Source: Anthoceros angustus
Lineage: Eukaryota; Plantae; Anthocerotophyta
NCBI GenBank assembly: GCA_010909165.1
Contig: MU008155.1
Span: 558,001-622,000 of the forward strand
Length of the DNA stretch: 64,000 nucleotides
Direction: 5' to 3'
In this document: positions 1-11,913 of the stretch, one piece after another
Layout: every line of letters begins with the position of its first letter
Numbering within the stretch: position 1 is the first letter of the stretch
Program-made: the position numbers and the translations under genes
The notes under the pieces: generated by a model
Told to the model about the DNA's origin: nothing
What the model saw: only the letters and a program-made list of their open reading frames with translations
Databases searched by the model: none

Positions 1-194
1 CCTCTCCCTATTTAGCTTACTTTAGCTTGCCTAGGAGCTTGCGTGGTTCTTGTAGGGTTTATATGCTAGGTAGGGAATCAGAGAATTTTAACCCCAGAAT
101 GACAATGGATCTCGTTTCGAGACTTTGCCACCTTTTCCCATCTTCTTGGATAGAAAAAAATATATGACAACAAATCATGTTAATATATCTTTAG

Positions 195-237
195 TGAAGG
201 ATTCTGTTCTCCACATGAAGGATTCTGTTCTCCACAT
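195..237. repeat. 21-bp perfect tandem duplication
   Basis: TGAAGGATTCTGTTCTCCACA x2. Confidence 0.9.
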
Positions 238-277
238 TATAGAAAAAAAATATAAAAGTTCTAAATCATTACCTCTA

Positions 278-605
278 GTCCCAACGCGAAGAATGTTTAA
301 AAAGCTCTTCAACCTTTCAAGAAACAGATGTCATTATTACGTGCATACTGATGGGATGCTCCATATTTTTGGTACGTTGGAAAGGTCTTGTCTTGGACTA
401 TATGTCCTATTGTTTTCAGAAAAAATAGAATATTTTAACTATATATTTTTCAAAATATATTTTTTCAAAAACTAGGGACATAGTCAAAGAAAAGGCCTTT
501 CTAACTCATTAAAAACTTGGACCGTCGGATGAGTAATAAGGAAATAATGGCTCCCATTTCATGAGGGGTTTGTGAGTTTTCTAAGAGATTCCTTTGCGTT
601 TGGAC
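278..605. repeat. Imperfect AT-rich foldback (MITE/foldback-like remnant)
   Basis: ~278-435 aligns to the reverse complement of ~450-605, e.g. GTTGGAAAGGTCTTGTCTTGGACTAT vs rc GTTAGAAAGGCCTTTTCTTTGACTAT. Confidence 0.7.
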
Positions 606-1505
606 AAGATATATATACGTAAAAAAATAATTATTTTTTGTAATTTAGAGGAAATAATTTCTCACAAAAAAAATATGAACATAAACTAACATCATACAAA
701 AATTGTTCGCAATGTTAAAAAAACATTGTCAAAAGACTCGATTTGAGTGGTTTGGGTATCCTAGGGTAAATATAGTTTTGCTAAACAAGACCAAGTAAAG
801 TCAATAGCCCGGATGGCCCGCCACCAATGCAGCTAGGTCCTAGGAGATTTTTTAATACTATTCAACCTAGGGTCTTGACAAACCTACCCAAAAGCTGATA
901 CATGGTAAAGACTCCCGTTACTGTTCTATCCTTCAATATTTATACTCACTTCAGGTTTCACTTACCCCTCATATCGGCATACATATAGGCACATGGCAAG
1001 GGGGCATACGTACATTCACACACAGCAAGGGTCCTGGGCACAAACCATGGCAAAATCGCGATACAAGGGAGTGACAGTCTTGCACAAGATACTGGTAGTA
1101 GGTATTATTGGTCAGTCACAGAAGTAGATGCAATACTGGACAGTTGCTAGTGCGGTGAAGAGGTTGCTAGTGCGGTGAAGAGCCCCCTGCAAACGTCACG
1201 CTGTTAAACAATTTGGCATAGCAAGGAAGGCAAGGTAAGGATGCATCATTAGTGAGTTGTAGAAACTTGATGAAGCACAGAAAATCACACAAACACAACT
1301 TTGATGATGGAAGTGAGGTGATACATAGAGAAACCCGGCCTTAGTAATTGGCCGGGCTGCACTAGCTTTATACCTCCCGCCAGTCAAGCTAGCTACCTCC
1401 CTATCCTCTAACGTCTCTCTGTCATTGGCTACACATCCTTCTCCCTCCAAATATCTCGCCTCATCGGTGTCATGCCTAAACAAAATCCACGGGGACCAGC
1501 AATCT

Positions 1506-2164
1506 TGTAGACATTCGGTTTGAAATATGAACCCATGCGAGGGCTAGGCCATGTTAGGCTACATATCTTGGATTAATTAACAATAAATAATATAATAGTA
1601 ATAAATTTGGATAAAATAAGATAAAAATAAAAAGAGATAAATAAACTAAATAGTAGCTACCCTGTTAAGAAGCTGCTTGTAATTGGATGCTTTATGCAAT
1701 TTCCTTGTAGAGAGGAATTACTATAGCCACTTATGAAGTTCTGCCTAGAGAAGCCTCTCAATGATAATTGGTCTGCAAGAATTCACAAGGGTTAGCAACT
1801 ATAGCTGGGGCTAGCATATGGGATATTTAAGGGCTAGAGTAAGAGGGCTAAGAGGATAGTGCATTTGATTCTTTTCTATGCCTTGTGTTTTGAGATGTGG
1901 AGAGCTTAGCTAGGAGAGCTTGGTATTGAGTCAAGGGCAGGAGCGAGAAGGGCATATATAGCTAGATAGATTTATTGTGGATTATGTGAATAAAGAGTAG
2001 GTATTGAGTGGGTAGTGGAGTTACTTAGAGCCTAGTGTTGCGAAGTGAGATTTTGCATGCGTTGGGTCAAGAGTGATTTGGCGAGATTCTAGGTCGTTCG
2101 TTGTGCAGCAGTTGTCATGTTGTTATTGGCTCCATGATAAGGGGTGTTACTTTGTGGTGTTACA
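1506..2164 (+). mobile_element. Putative LTR remnant
   Basis: TGTAGACA...TGTTACA termini with a GGGGTGTTAC-type end. 1630-1716 is similar to 27083-27169. No TSD found. Confidence 0.3.
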
Positions 2165-2384
2165 GTGTAGTCCATTTTTTCAAGTATCTAGAGAATACAA
2201 TATAGTCAATGAGGAGCACAAAAAAGTAGTCAAGAGGCCCTATGTCAATCGACCGCCTCCGCCTTCATCACCTAAACACAATCGTATAGAGGAAGACTGT
2301 TCTTTAGATTCAAGAAGAGGAGCATTGCAAGGAGAAGACATGTTGTCGAAAGAAACAAATGGACTTGGATTGTAGGGAGGAAAG

Positions 2385-2770
2385 CCAGAAGATTGGAAGC
2401 AGCAGATGGTCACAACAATTTATGAAGTTTCTTCCACACTAGTCTTGCTTGACTTGAGAGACTCCAGGAAGAAGGCCAAGAAGAACCCCATCGAAGATGT
2501 GATAATGAGGATGCGGGAAATCCATACAAAGAGACCCATCCAAATTTGGCGAGGATCTGCGAAGTATAGATCTCTCGGCAGTACTTCAAAGATGCTTACC
2601 GAATTAAGATGAGTCTCTTTGTTCAGATCTTCCACATCCTCATCATCACGTGGCGTGGTCTTTGGGATTCTTCTTTGCCTTCTTCCTGGAGCCTCTCAAG
2701 GCATGCAAGGCATTTGGAAGAACTTCATAAAGGGCTAGTAACGACCATCTGCAACTTCCAATCTTCTAGC
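2385..2770. repeat. Long imperfect hairpin (~155-bp arms, ~70-nt loop)
   Basis: 2385-2540 matches rc of 2610-2770 (AGAAGATTGGAAG..CAGATGGTC..TTTATGAAG..CTCCAGGAAGAAGGC..AAAGAGAC). Confidence 0.8.
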
Positions 2771-2785
2771 TAGCTTCTAGCTTGC

Positions 2786-4450
2786 TGGGGCTTAGAAGCC
2801 AAGGAGGTTGAGATTGCAAGGCGAGATCTAGTCACTAGTACGGATTGAAATTTTGGAGAAGAAGCGGGGTACTTGGCAACAAGAGCTGGAGGGTGCCCAA
2901 AGATTGTTAAGAGAGGCCAAGGACCACAAGGGAAGGGTTGAGGAAGAACTTTAGAGGTCAGAAATCATAATACATAGGATGATGGTCATTTGGAAGGGGA
3001 GGTTCAAGGCAGATTATGCCTTGAAAAAGAAGTTGGAGGACGACAGCTGAAGATCTGAACACCTGAATGTAAAGCCTGTACAATAAGGTCACATCTTGGA
3101 AGCACCATATTTCTTCCACTACCAAACATCCCACTCGTGTTTCGGTATCGTGCTTGAAAATGGAGGCGTGTGGTTTCATCTAAGGTCAAGGTGAAGATCT
3201 TCACGTGAGCCACGGGTCCTGGACTTCGAGGAGTCAAGTGGAGGAGCTATCTCCAGGAGGTTGCTTCAGGTTGCATCTTGGTGCTTTGCCTTGATAGGAG
3301 CTGATTGAAGATGGAGGACAACAAGGAACGAGGTGGGGCGAGACAGTCTATGCCACGACCTTTGGTATGTCCCTACCGGTGTGTGTGTGTCCCTATACTC
3401 CCTATGAGCTCCTATCAAAGATATATAGCTCCTTCACTTGACTCTCCCCAATCCAGAATCCCTGGCTCCATCTTCACAAGCTCTTTCTTATCATCATCGT
3501 GGGGCCCTAAAAGTCTCCTCATTAGGTGCACTGCCTCCTCTTGGCCCTGGTCACCTCGTTGTGCAAAGTAGCCCCTAACCTCTGGTATTGGGTCACCAGC
3601 TCTTCTATATCCTTGGGCCACTCTCTTGCTTCGCAACTACGCTTGTAGGCAATCCTCTCCATGGTCAGCTCCTCGACATGAACCTCGAGAAGCACATTCT
3701 CATCCATGGCGTTCTTCACTTGTCGTCCTCCAATTTCTTCTGTAGGCACCTTCGCTTGCGAATGACCATCATCCTAAGTATCATGACTTCTGACCTCTTA
3801 AGTTCTTCCTCACCCCTTGCCTTCTAGTCCTCGCCTCTCTTACCAACCTTTGGGCACCCTCCTGCTCAGGCCTACCCCCGAGTACCCAGCTCCTTCTCCA
3901 ACCTTTCAATCCGTACTAGTTACTAGATCTCGCCCTGCAAGCTCAACCTCCTTGGCTTCTAAGCCCCGACGAGTCTCTCTTAACATGTCCTTGGCAACAT
4001 CCAACTGCTTTTGTATGGTGCCTTGCTCTTCTTCCAAGTCTTGGATCTTCAGATCCTGGCAAGCAAGTTCCTGTTCTTTCGTTTGTCTCAATTGCCTGGC
4101 TTTTCTCTTATCCTATCTCACTCCCACAAGAGCAAGATTCAATTCCCCAGACTCCTTCACTGCTTCACGGGCCTTCCTAGTCTATTCTTCTCTCTCCTAG
4201 GCGCCATCTTGCGGTGTACCCCTGTCTCTAGCATATTTACGCCTCGGGAAACTTCCTCTCTATGAGAGAATACGGCTCCTCGTAACTCGTCTTCAATAGG
4301 GAGCCATACACTATTTGCATTCCCAGCAGCAGGAGCCTGTACCGCACTCCTACATTGTTACTCCTCTAGCTAAGGAGCTCTACAAATCTCTCCCTTTCTT
4401 TCCGTTCCGTGCTGTAGGGACCTCCCCTACGCTCTTCATCCTCCTTGTGC
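2786..4450. mobile_element. Degenerate TE-like coiled-coil ORF remnants, partly as an inverted pair (2786-3050 vs 3720-3970)
   Basis: GGGGCTTAGAAGCCAAGGAGGTTGAG..GCGAGATCTAGT.ACTAGTACGGATTGAAA occurs on both strands. E/K/R-rich minus-strand fragments with many stops. Confidence 0.5.
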
Positions 4451-5719
4451 CCCATTGACACACCCATGTGTACTATCCTATTGCTACTTAAGTCCTATGG
4501 TCCTAAACTAATTTCTCATTTCGCACTATATACATATATAGTCCAAGAAATACCTAAAAACGTATTGTACATCATGGGGTAGTGACTTACGCGATAGGTC
4601 CTTCTACCTACAACTCATTGGGTAGAGACCATATCTTATCAACTATTCTATCAGAAAAAACTTTTGAGTTCCTATTCGTGTTCCTAACATTCCGCCATGG
4701 CTCAAAGAGAAATACCCGTAAATAGAACGGTGCAGCCCATCTTGGATTGAGTTTGGATACTGTTCTTTTGATAAGACTCTAGATAAAGTAGGTATATATA
4801 TTTACAATAAAATCTATTCCGTAAGCATAAGTTTAGAATTAAGAAAGATAATTATTGATTGATAGGTTTTTATCTGCATGATTGATAGATTTTTATATGT
4901 TGAGAGTCTCGAAGGATAAAAAATCTTGAAAAATAATCAATTTATTAATTTTTAGGGTTAATGTAGCTCGTCTTCTTGTTGTTGTTCTTTTGATGAAACA
5001 CGAACGTCGCTGTGGAAAGCAAAGTTTGGGTCATTTTGGTCTAGTTTTGTTTCATTCTGCTAAGTAGAAGAATGATGAAGAATTTTATTTAAGTCCACTA
5101 AGGACGGATTCCCGTCATGAAGGACGGATTTCCGTCAGTAGGAGGTAGCATGTAGGTGGTAGGTGTCTCGGGGCAGAGCCGGACAGCTAAAATTAAGGTC
5201 ACGGCAGGAAGCGAGAAAGGGGGACAGGGACAGTCGGTAAGTGTGTGAAAAAGGTAGGATCAGTGTCCGGAAATGATGCTGTGCTGGCCTTGGCCACTTG
5301 CCTTGCATTGACGGTCGCGGAGGACACACGGACGCAAGTTGCAAGTTGCTTCGAGCCATTCCAGCATCGTGCGCGAATGTGGGCAGAGGAACCCTGGTCC
5401 CTCCTGCGGAAAAGCCTGGCCCGGCGGCTTCGTGTCTGCCGCAGCAGGAGGCGGCAGCAGCAGCCGACGCGGGCTCACGCATTTTCCGCTCTGCAGCCAG
5501 GCAATGCGCCGGAAGCAGCACGGTGAGACGACAGTCGGACGTTTTACTGCTCACTGCTCGGGACCCTCTCTCCTCCTCGCTTACGCTTGTCTGGCTGCGT
5601 TTCCTTTCCTTGTGTTGCAAGCTGCAGATTATGGAAATGGCTGTGCCGGACATGGCAGCGGGCTGCTCACCTGCTTCCGGCCTCTAATTGCTTGCATGCA
5701 TGCTTGTGCGCTTTTCTTT

Positions 5720-8700
5720 TGTTGTAGAGGACGGGTGGTATGGAAGGCGGAGCTGGAGGCGGAGCTGCGGGAGGTGATGAGGATTAATTATTACGTGCAA
5801 ATGGATGCGCTCGGATGACGGGAGTGAGGGAGTGGCAGACATTGTTGCTGGCTGGTTGTAGCGCGCGGCGGTATCCATGGGGGACGGGAGGAATAGGCTG
5901 AGGCTGCCTTTCCAGCCTCCCAAGAAGGTGATGGAAACCATACTTGAGTTTTGTGACACGCAGGACCGGCATGCACTGTCCACTGTGAGCCGGCTGTGGC
6001 ATGAGGTGGACAGGAGACCAGGACTCAGGTCTCAGTGAAGCATATGTATGCAGCGGAGCCGTTCCGGCTCACCAGGCGCTTCCCGAACCTGAAGCGTATC
6101 AAGATTAAAGGCAGGCCTCGAGCAGCGGATTATGACCTTGTGGTGCGTGAATGGGGCGGTTATGCCCGGCCGTGGGTGTTGCAGATAGCGGATTCGTATC
6201 CGCATCTCGTGTCGTTGCACCTCAAGCGCATGCTTGTTACCGACGAGGACCTGGCTGTTTTGGCGTTCAAGAATCTTCAGGAGTTGAGGCTGCAGCTGTG
6301 CGATAGTTTCTCCACAACAGGCCTTCAGTTTCTCGCGCAGGGATGCCGGTATGGTGGTGTGTGGATGTGATGTAGGTAGGAAGTTGGATGGAGTGTTGTT
6401 TTGCCTGACCCTTGCTGCTGTGGTTGTGCGGCAGGTCGTTGCGAGTTTTGAGTCTTCGAGACAGTAAGGTTAAGGATCGAGGAGCGCTTTGGTTGCACGA
6501 GCTGGCGCTCAACAATCGAGTGTTAGAGGTTTTGGATGTCGAGTGCCTGGAATTAGCCAGCATCGACGTGCAGGACTTGGAGAGGCTTCCGACCTCCCTC
6601 AAGTCCTTGAGGGTTCCGGCTTTCATCCCGCAGAGATCGTTGCGCCGTTTCCTGCAACGGGCGACTCGTCTGACGGAGCTTGCAACAGGCTGTTTTGTCG
6701 AGCGGGATAGCACGGAGGATGAAAGCGTGCCTTTGCCAACGGCCCTGGTGTCTCTTTCAGGGTTGCATAATGTCCCGGATTCATATCTTCCCCATTTTCG
6801 TGCTCTTGGTCCGAGGCTTGTGAAGCTCGACTTGAAAGCTATTCCTGCTCTGTCTACGGCTGGCTTTGCTGCGTTGTTGTCGTGGTGTGGAAATCTTCAA
6901 GATTTGGAGGTGCATATAGTGTTCCTTTCACTTGCCGTAGGTTGTCGGGTTCGCACAGTCTAGGTTGGAGCTGGGAAGCACAGTTCCCGTTTATTGCACA
7001 GTTGCTGACACTCAAATGTGGTGTTGTGGCAGGTCTCTCATGACGTCGAGGACGATGTCCTTGTTGCCGTCGGACGCCATTGTGGGAATCTCAGGAGGCT
7101 TCGTGTGGAGCGCGTTCTGGACGACGCTGATGCCAAGGTCACCCAACGCGGAGTGCTGGCTGTGGCGGAAGGCTGCCCGCGACTCGAGCATTTCCTTGTT
7201 TATGCCAAGGACATGACAAACGCGGCTCTCAGTGCCATCGGCAGAAATTGCCAGCAATGAGGGATTTCCGTTTCATACTCGTCCATGCAACAGAACAGGT
7301 ATCAGAGGACAACTATGACGACGGTGTGAAAGATGTTTTGCGGGCTGCCCTGGCTTGAAACGGCTAGCCTTCTACGCCCACAGGTATGGTGCGCTTACCG
7401 ACACTGGGCTGCAATACATCGGTACTTACGGTGGCCATCTCAAGTGGCTGCTGTTGGGTTGCGCTGGTTGCTCTGGAACGGGGATGAGGCATCTGGGCCC
7501 CGGCGTGGAAAGCGTGGTCTTCGCCTGCTGGAGAAGCTGGAAATTCAGGACTGTCCTTTATCTGGTGACTGCATCGCCGACTCGCTTCTGCCCATGTTCC
7601 GCCTTGGGCAGAGCAGTTCATTTAATCTGTCATATTTATGGATTCAAGGCAACATCGATTTCACCCCGCTCATATCGGAAACTTGAGAGGGTGGTCGAAT
7701 CTGTTGTAGAGGACGGGTGGTATGGAAGGCGGAGCTGGAGGCGGAGCTGCGGGAGGTGATGAGGATTAATTATTACGTGCAAATGGATGCGCTCGGATGA
7801 CGGGAGTGAGGGAGTGGCAGACATTGTTGCTGGCTGGTTGTAGCGCGCGGCGGTATCCATGGGGGACGGGAGGAATAGGCTGAGGCTGCCTTTCCAGCCT
7901 CCCAAGAAGGTGATGGAAACCATACTTGAGTTTTGTGACACGCAGGACCGGCATGCACTGTCCACTGTGAGCCGGCTGTGGCATGAGGTGGACGGGGAGA
8001 CCAGGACTCAGGTCTCGGTGAAGCATATGTATGCAGCGGAGCCGTTCCGGCTCACCAGGCGCTTCCCGAACCTGAAGCGTATCAAGATTAAAGGCAGGCC
8101 TCGAGCAGCGGATTATGACCTTGTGGTGCGTGAATGGGGCGGTTATGCCCGGCCGTGGGTGTTGCAGATAGCGGATTCGTATCCGCATCTCGTGTCGTTG
8201 CACCTCAAGCGCATGCTTGTTACCGACGAGGACCTGGCTGTTTTGGCGTTCAAGAATCTTCAGGAGTTGAGGCTGCAGCTGTGCGATAGTTTCTCCACAA
8301 CAGGCCTTCAGTTTCTCGCGCAGGGATGCCGGTATGGTGGTGTGTGGATGTGATGTAGGTAGGAAGTTGGATGGAGTGTTGTTTTGCCTGACCCTTGCTG
8401 CTGTGGTTGTGCGGCAGGTCGTTGCGAGTTTTGAGTCTTCGAGACAGTAAGGTTAAGGATCGAGGAGCGCTTTGGTTGCACGAGCTGGCGCTCAACAATC
8501 GAGTGTTAGAGGTTTTGGATGTCGAGTGCCTGGAATTAGCCAGCATCGACGTGCAGGACTTGGAGAGGCTTCCGACCTCCCTCAAGTCCTTGAGGGTTCC
8601 GGCTTTCATCCCGCAGAGATCGTTGCGCCGTTTCCTGCAACGGGCGACTCGTCTGACGGAGCTTGCAACAGGCTGTTTTGTCGAGCGGGATAGCACGGAG

Positions 8701-9695
8701 GATGAAAGCGTGCCTTTGCCAACGGCCCTGGTGTCTCTTTCAGGGTTGCATAATGTCCGTCATATCTTCCCATTTTCGTGCTCTTGGTCCGAGGCTTGTG
8801 AAGCTCGACTTGAAAGCTATTCCTGCTCTGTCTACGGCTGGCTTTGCTGCGTTGTTGTCGTGGTGTGGAAATCTTCAAGATTTGGAGGTGCATATAGTGT
8901 TCCTTTCACTTGCCGTAGGTTGTCGGGTTCGCACAGTCTAGGTTGGAGCTGGGAAGCACAGTTCCCGTTTATTGCACAGTTGCTGACACTCAAATGTGGT
9001 GTTGTGGCAGGTCTCTCATGACGTCGAGGACGATGTCCTTGTTGCCGTCGGACGCCATTGTGGGAATCTCAGGAGGCTTCGTGTGGAGCGCGTTCTGGAC
9101 GACGCTGATGCCAAGGTCACCCAACGCGGAGTGCTGGCTGTGGCGGAAGGCTGCCCGCGACTCGAGCATTTCCTTGTTTATGCCAAGGACATGACAAACG
9201 CGGCTCTCAGTGCCATCGGCAGAAATTGCCAGCAAATGAGGGATTTCCGTTTCATACTCGTCCATGCAACAGAACAGGTATCAGAGGACAACTATGACGA
9301 CGGTGTGAAAGATGTTTTGCGGGGCTGCCCTGGCTTGAAACGGCTAGCCTTCTACGCCCACAGGTATGGTGCGCTTACCGACACTGGGCTGCAATACATC
9401 GGTACTTACGGTGGCCATCTCAAGTGGCTGCTGTTGGGTTGCGCTGGTTGCTCTGGAACGGGGATGAGGCATCTGGGCCCCGGCGTGGGAAAGCGTGGTC
9501 TTCGCCTGCTGGAGAAGCTGGAAATTCGGGACTGTCCTTTATCTGGTGACTGCATCGCCGACTCGCTTCTGCCCATGTTCCGCCTTGGGCAGAGCAGTTC
9601 ATTTAATCTGTCATATTTATGGATTCAAGGCAACATCGATTTCACCCCCGCTCATATCGGAAACTTGAGAGGGTGGTCGAATCTGTTTGTAGAGG
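5720..9695 (+). repeat. ~1.98-kb near-identical tandem duplication containing the COI1-like gene
   Basis: 5720-7701 repeats at 7702-9695. TTGTAGAGG microhomology at 5722, 7704 and 9687. Confidence 0.95.
5877..7712 (+). pseudogene. COI1: COI1-like F-box/LRR gene, copy 1 (3'-truncated, several 1-bp frameshifts)
   Basis: Same exons as copy 2. Lacks the last ~34 codons. Single-base deletions near 6012, 7257, 7341, 7508 and 7665. Confidence 0.8.
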
Positions 9696-9799
9696 TCACT
9701 TGGCCGCACGACCACTCGCCTTTCCAGCTGTTTGCTTATTGCTCCTTGGCAGAACCCAGGACAGACCGTCCGCCTGAAGTGGAGTTGGTCTCTCAGTAG
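7859..9799 (+). CDS. COI1: COI1-like jasmonate/oxylipin receptor F-box-LRR protein. Exons 7859-8331, 8418-8887, 9011-9799, with one apparent frameshift near 8757.
   Basis: Motifs KGRPRAADYDL..EWGGYARPWV, LRRLRVER, LEHFLVY, DFRF, LAFY, LEKLEIRDC, LSYLWIQG and AYCSLAEPRTDRP match COI1. Both GT-AG introns sit at the conserved COI1/TIR1 positions (CR| and LE|). Confidence 0.88.
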
Positions 9800-10551
9800 G
9801 CTCATGGCCCTTGATTATCAGTAGTTGCGTCTTGATGAATGGAAGGAGTGGACAATGCCTTAGCAGCAGGGCCTGTGCTTTCACCATTCGACCTCGAGGG
9901 AGCTCCTCCCCCTTATTGTGTAGCTTTCACTCACGGTGTCCCCGTGAGATCCTGCACCGGGAAGTGTGCTCGCACTCCCACCACATTTGATCGGAGCACC
10001 CGAAGTTAACCCACGCTTGCCCGGCAACTCTGCTGGCGCCGGAAGAAGCGAAGCCGACGTCGTTTCTGCTCCCAGAGTAGTCCTCTAGTTTGGACACAGC
10101 GGTTTTTCACGAGAGTCATTTGGTTCAGGACCTCACTTCTGACACGGAGGAATAGGTGGTGGGTTTTCCTAGACAGCGCCCAAATTCGCCTGGCCTGCAT
10201 AGTGCATAGCAACCACCTGAAACGGGTGAGGGAAAAATGTTTGAACTCAAAGTTCCAATCCCGCAAGACTGGATACCAACGAGACCACCCTTCCTTACTG
10301 TGACCCTTCGGGTCTCCCTTTCATGTCCAGTAATAGAAGATGGGTTCACCCATCTCTGCTTTGGAATAAAAACTTACCTTAAAAGGATGAACCTCGAGCT
10401 GTGTCTTAGGTTAAGACGAGTGCCATCCAGCCCGGTGCCCAAACATATCGGACAAGCACTCGCTCTCACGCCTAATTACGGGCCTGGAGGACGGAGCTAC
10501 CGGCTACTGCTGTAGTTGGCCCAGGATTTTTAGGGTTTTGCGGCATCGAAT

Positions 10552-11913
10552 ATGTTGGGCGTCTATCCTTCGGACTTCTGCGATGAGGGGATTGAGGGTT
10601 CCAGGGATAATATCTTGAACGAGGTAGAGAATGTGGAGATCCCCGTGTCCTTGCTAGCTGGAGGTAGGCTGGTCGCGAAGCGAAGGAAGCGCACCAAGCA
10701 TCTTCCCCAGTACATACTTTACCTGACTTCGGAGGAGCTTGGAGATGAGCGCTCCGCCAGCACAGCAGGCACTGTGGTGCACACGAACCCCCAGGGGGTC
10801 TGTCCGACTTTGCCGGAGGATGTGGTGGAAGCAGTGCTGCTTAGGTTACCGGCGGCAGCGCAGGCCCGGTGCCGAGCTGTGTGCAAGGCGTGGCTTGCCA
10901 TGCTCGACCATCCAGAGTTTCCCCGGCGGAGCTTCCTTCAGTCACTTTCGACGCCGCCTCCCCTGTGCTCCGTTGAGTATTGGCCAAGGGTGAGGAGTGT
11001 GAGACCCGTGCCACAGTGTAAGGTCTGGAAGGTAGATCTGTCTTTCTTGCCAGAGGTGTTCCGCTCTTATGAAACGGACCTTCACAAGTGTTCACTGTAC
11101 GGCTTCTTGTGCATGAGCCGTCTCGTCCCTGAGGGAATGCTTCTTTGCGTGTTCAATCCAGTGAACCAGAGCTTCAAAGTTTTGCCCATGCTTGAGAAGC
11201 GGTGGAGTTTTGGAGATGTGGTGTTGGCGGGAACAGTCACTGCAACTGAAAGCATGCCCAGCTTCAAGGTTTATGTCCCTGAGGTTGGACCAGTTTCTGC
11301 CTCCCGGCGTTCTGTCGATTTGAGTTTGTTCACGGAGGTTGCTATCTACGACAGCGTTAGTGGTGAGTGGAAGGGCTTCTTAGGTGCTCCAGAAGAGTTT
11401 ACTCTGGAGTGCTCGATTGTGGCTTGCAATGGGGACTTTTATACGGCAGTGGACGCCATTCCTACACAGCTGGTTCGGCTTAGCACGGAGAGGGGTCGAC
11501 GCTACCTGTGGAATGTGGAATTGCCCCTTTTTTCCGAGGGCCGGCGCGAGCTTTCGGATATCGAGTATTGTCTGGCAGGGCATAGTGGAAGGCTGTTGTG
11601 CTGCTCCGGTGCTATTTGGATGTTGGACGATGCCAGGAAGCTGTGGGTGGAAATTGCGGGGAGTTGCCCGCCGGACATACTGCCACCTGGTGATCCAAGG
11701 ACGCAGTTTTTTAGGTTGAAGAATGTGCACGTTTCTGGGGATCTCGTGATTTTCTTTTATCAGTTGTGGTTTCATCATGGTGGCAAGAGACACGGGGATC
11801 GGGTGGATTGTCCTGTTGCTTACGACATGCTTCGGCGTTTCTGGCTGAAGGTTCCCCAGAGTGTCGCTCAAGTTGGGGACTGTTTCCAACCCATCCCGAA
11901 TTTGAGGCTTTGA
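10552..11913 (+). CDS. Intronless F-box protein with C-terminal kelch/F-box-associated beta-rich domain (453 aa)
   Basis: F-box LPEDVVEAVLLRLP...RCRAVCKAW, then CVFNPVNQSFKVLP, IYDSVSGEW and VAYDMLRRFW. Telo-box TAGGGTTT just upstream. Confidence 0.85.
   Translation: MLGVYPSDFCDEGIEGSRDNILNEVENVEIPVSLLAGGRLVAKRRKRTKHLPQYILYLTSEELGDERSASTAGTVVHTNPQGVCPTLPEDVVEAVLLRLPAAAQARCRAVCKAWLAMLDHPEFPRRSFLQSLSTPPPLCSVEYWPRVRSVRPVPQCKVWKVDLSFLPEVFRSYETDLHKCSLYGFLCMSRLVPEGMLLCVFNPVNQSFKVLPMLEKRWSFGDVVLAGTVTATESMPSFKVYVPEVGPVSASRRSVDLSLFTEVAIYDSVSGEWKGFLGAPEEFTLECSIVACNGDFYTAVDAIPTQLVRLSTERGRRYLWNVELPLFSEGRRELSDIEYCLAGHSGRLLCCSGAIWMLDDARKLWVEIAGSCPPDILPPGDPRTQFFRLKNVHVSGDLVIFFYQLWFHHGGKRHGDRVDCPVAYDMLRRFWLKVPQSVAQVGDCFQPIPNLRL

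Noticed and set aside
5135-5818. Several ORFs upstream of the COI1-like gene
   Set aside because: No recognisable domain. Probably GC-rich promoter, 5'-UTR and intron.
7859-9799. TIR1/AFB auxin receptor assignment
   Set aside because: KGRPRAA, LRVER, LAFY, WLLLG, YLWIQG and the C-terminal AY.SLA match COI1 rather than TIR1.
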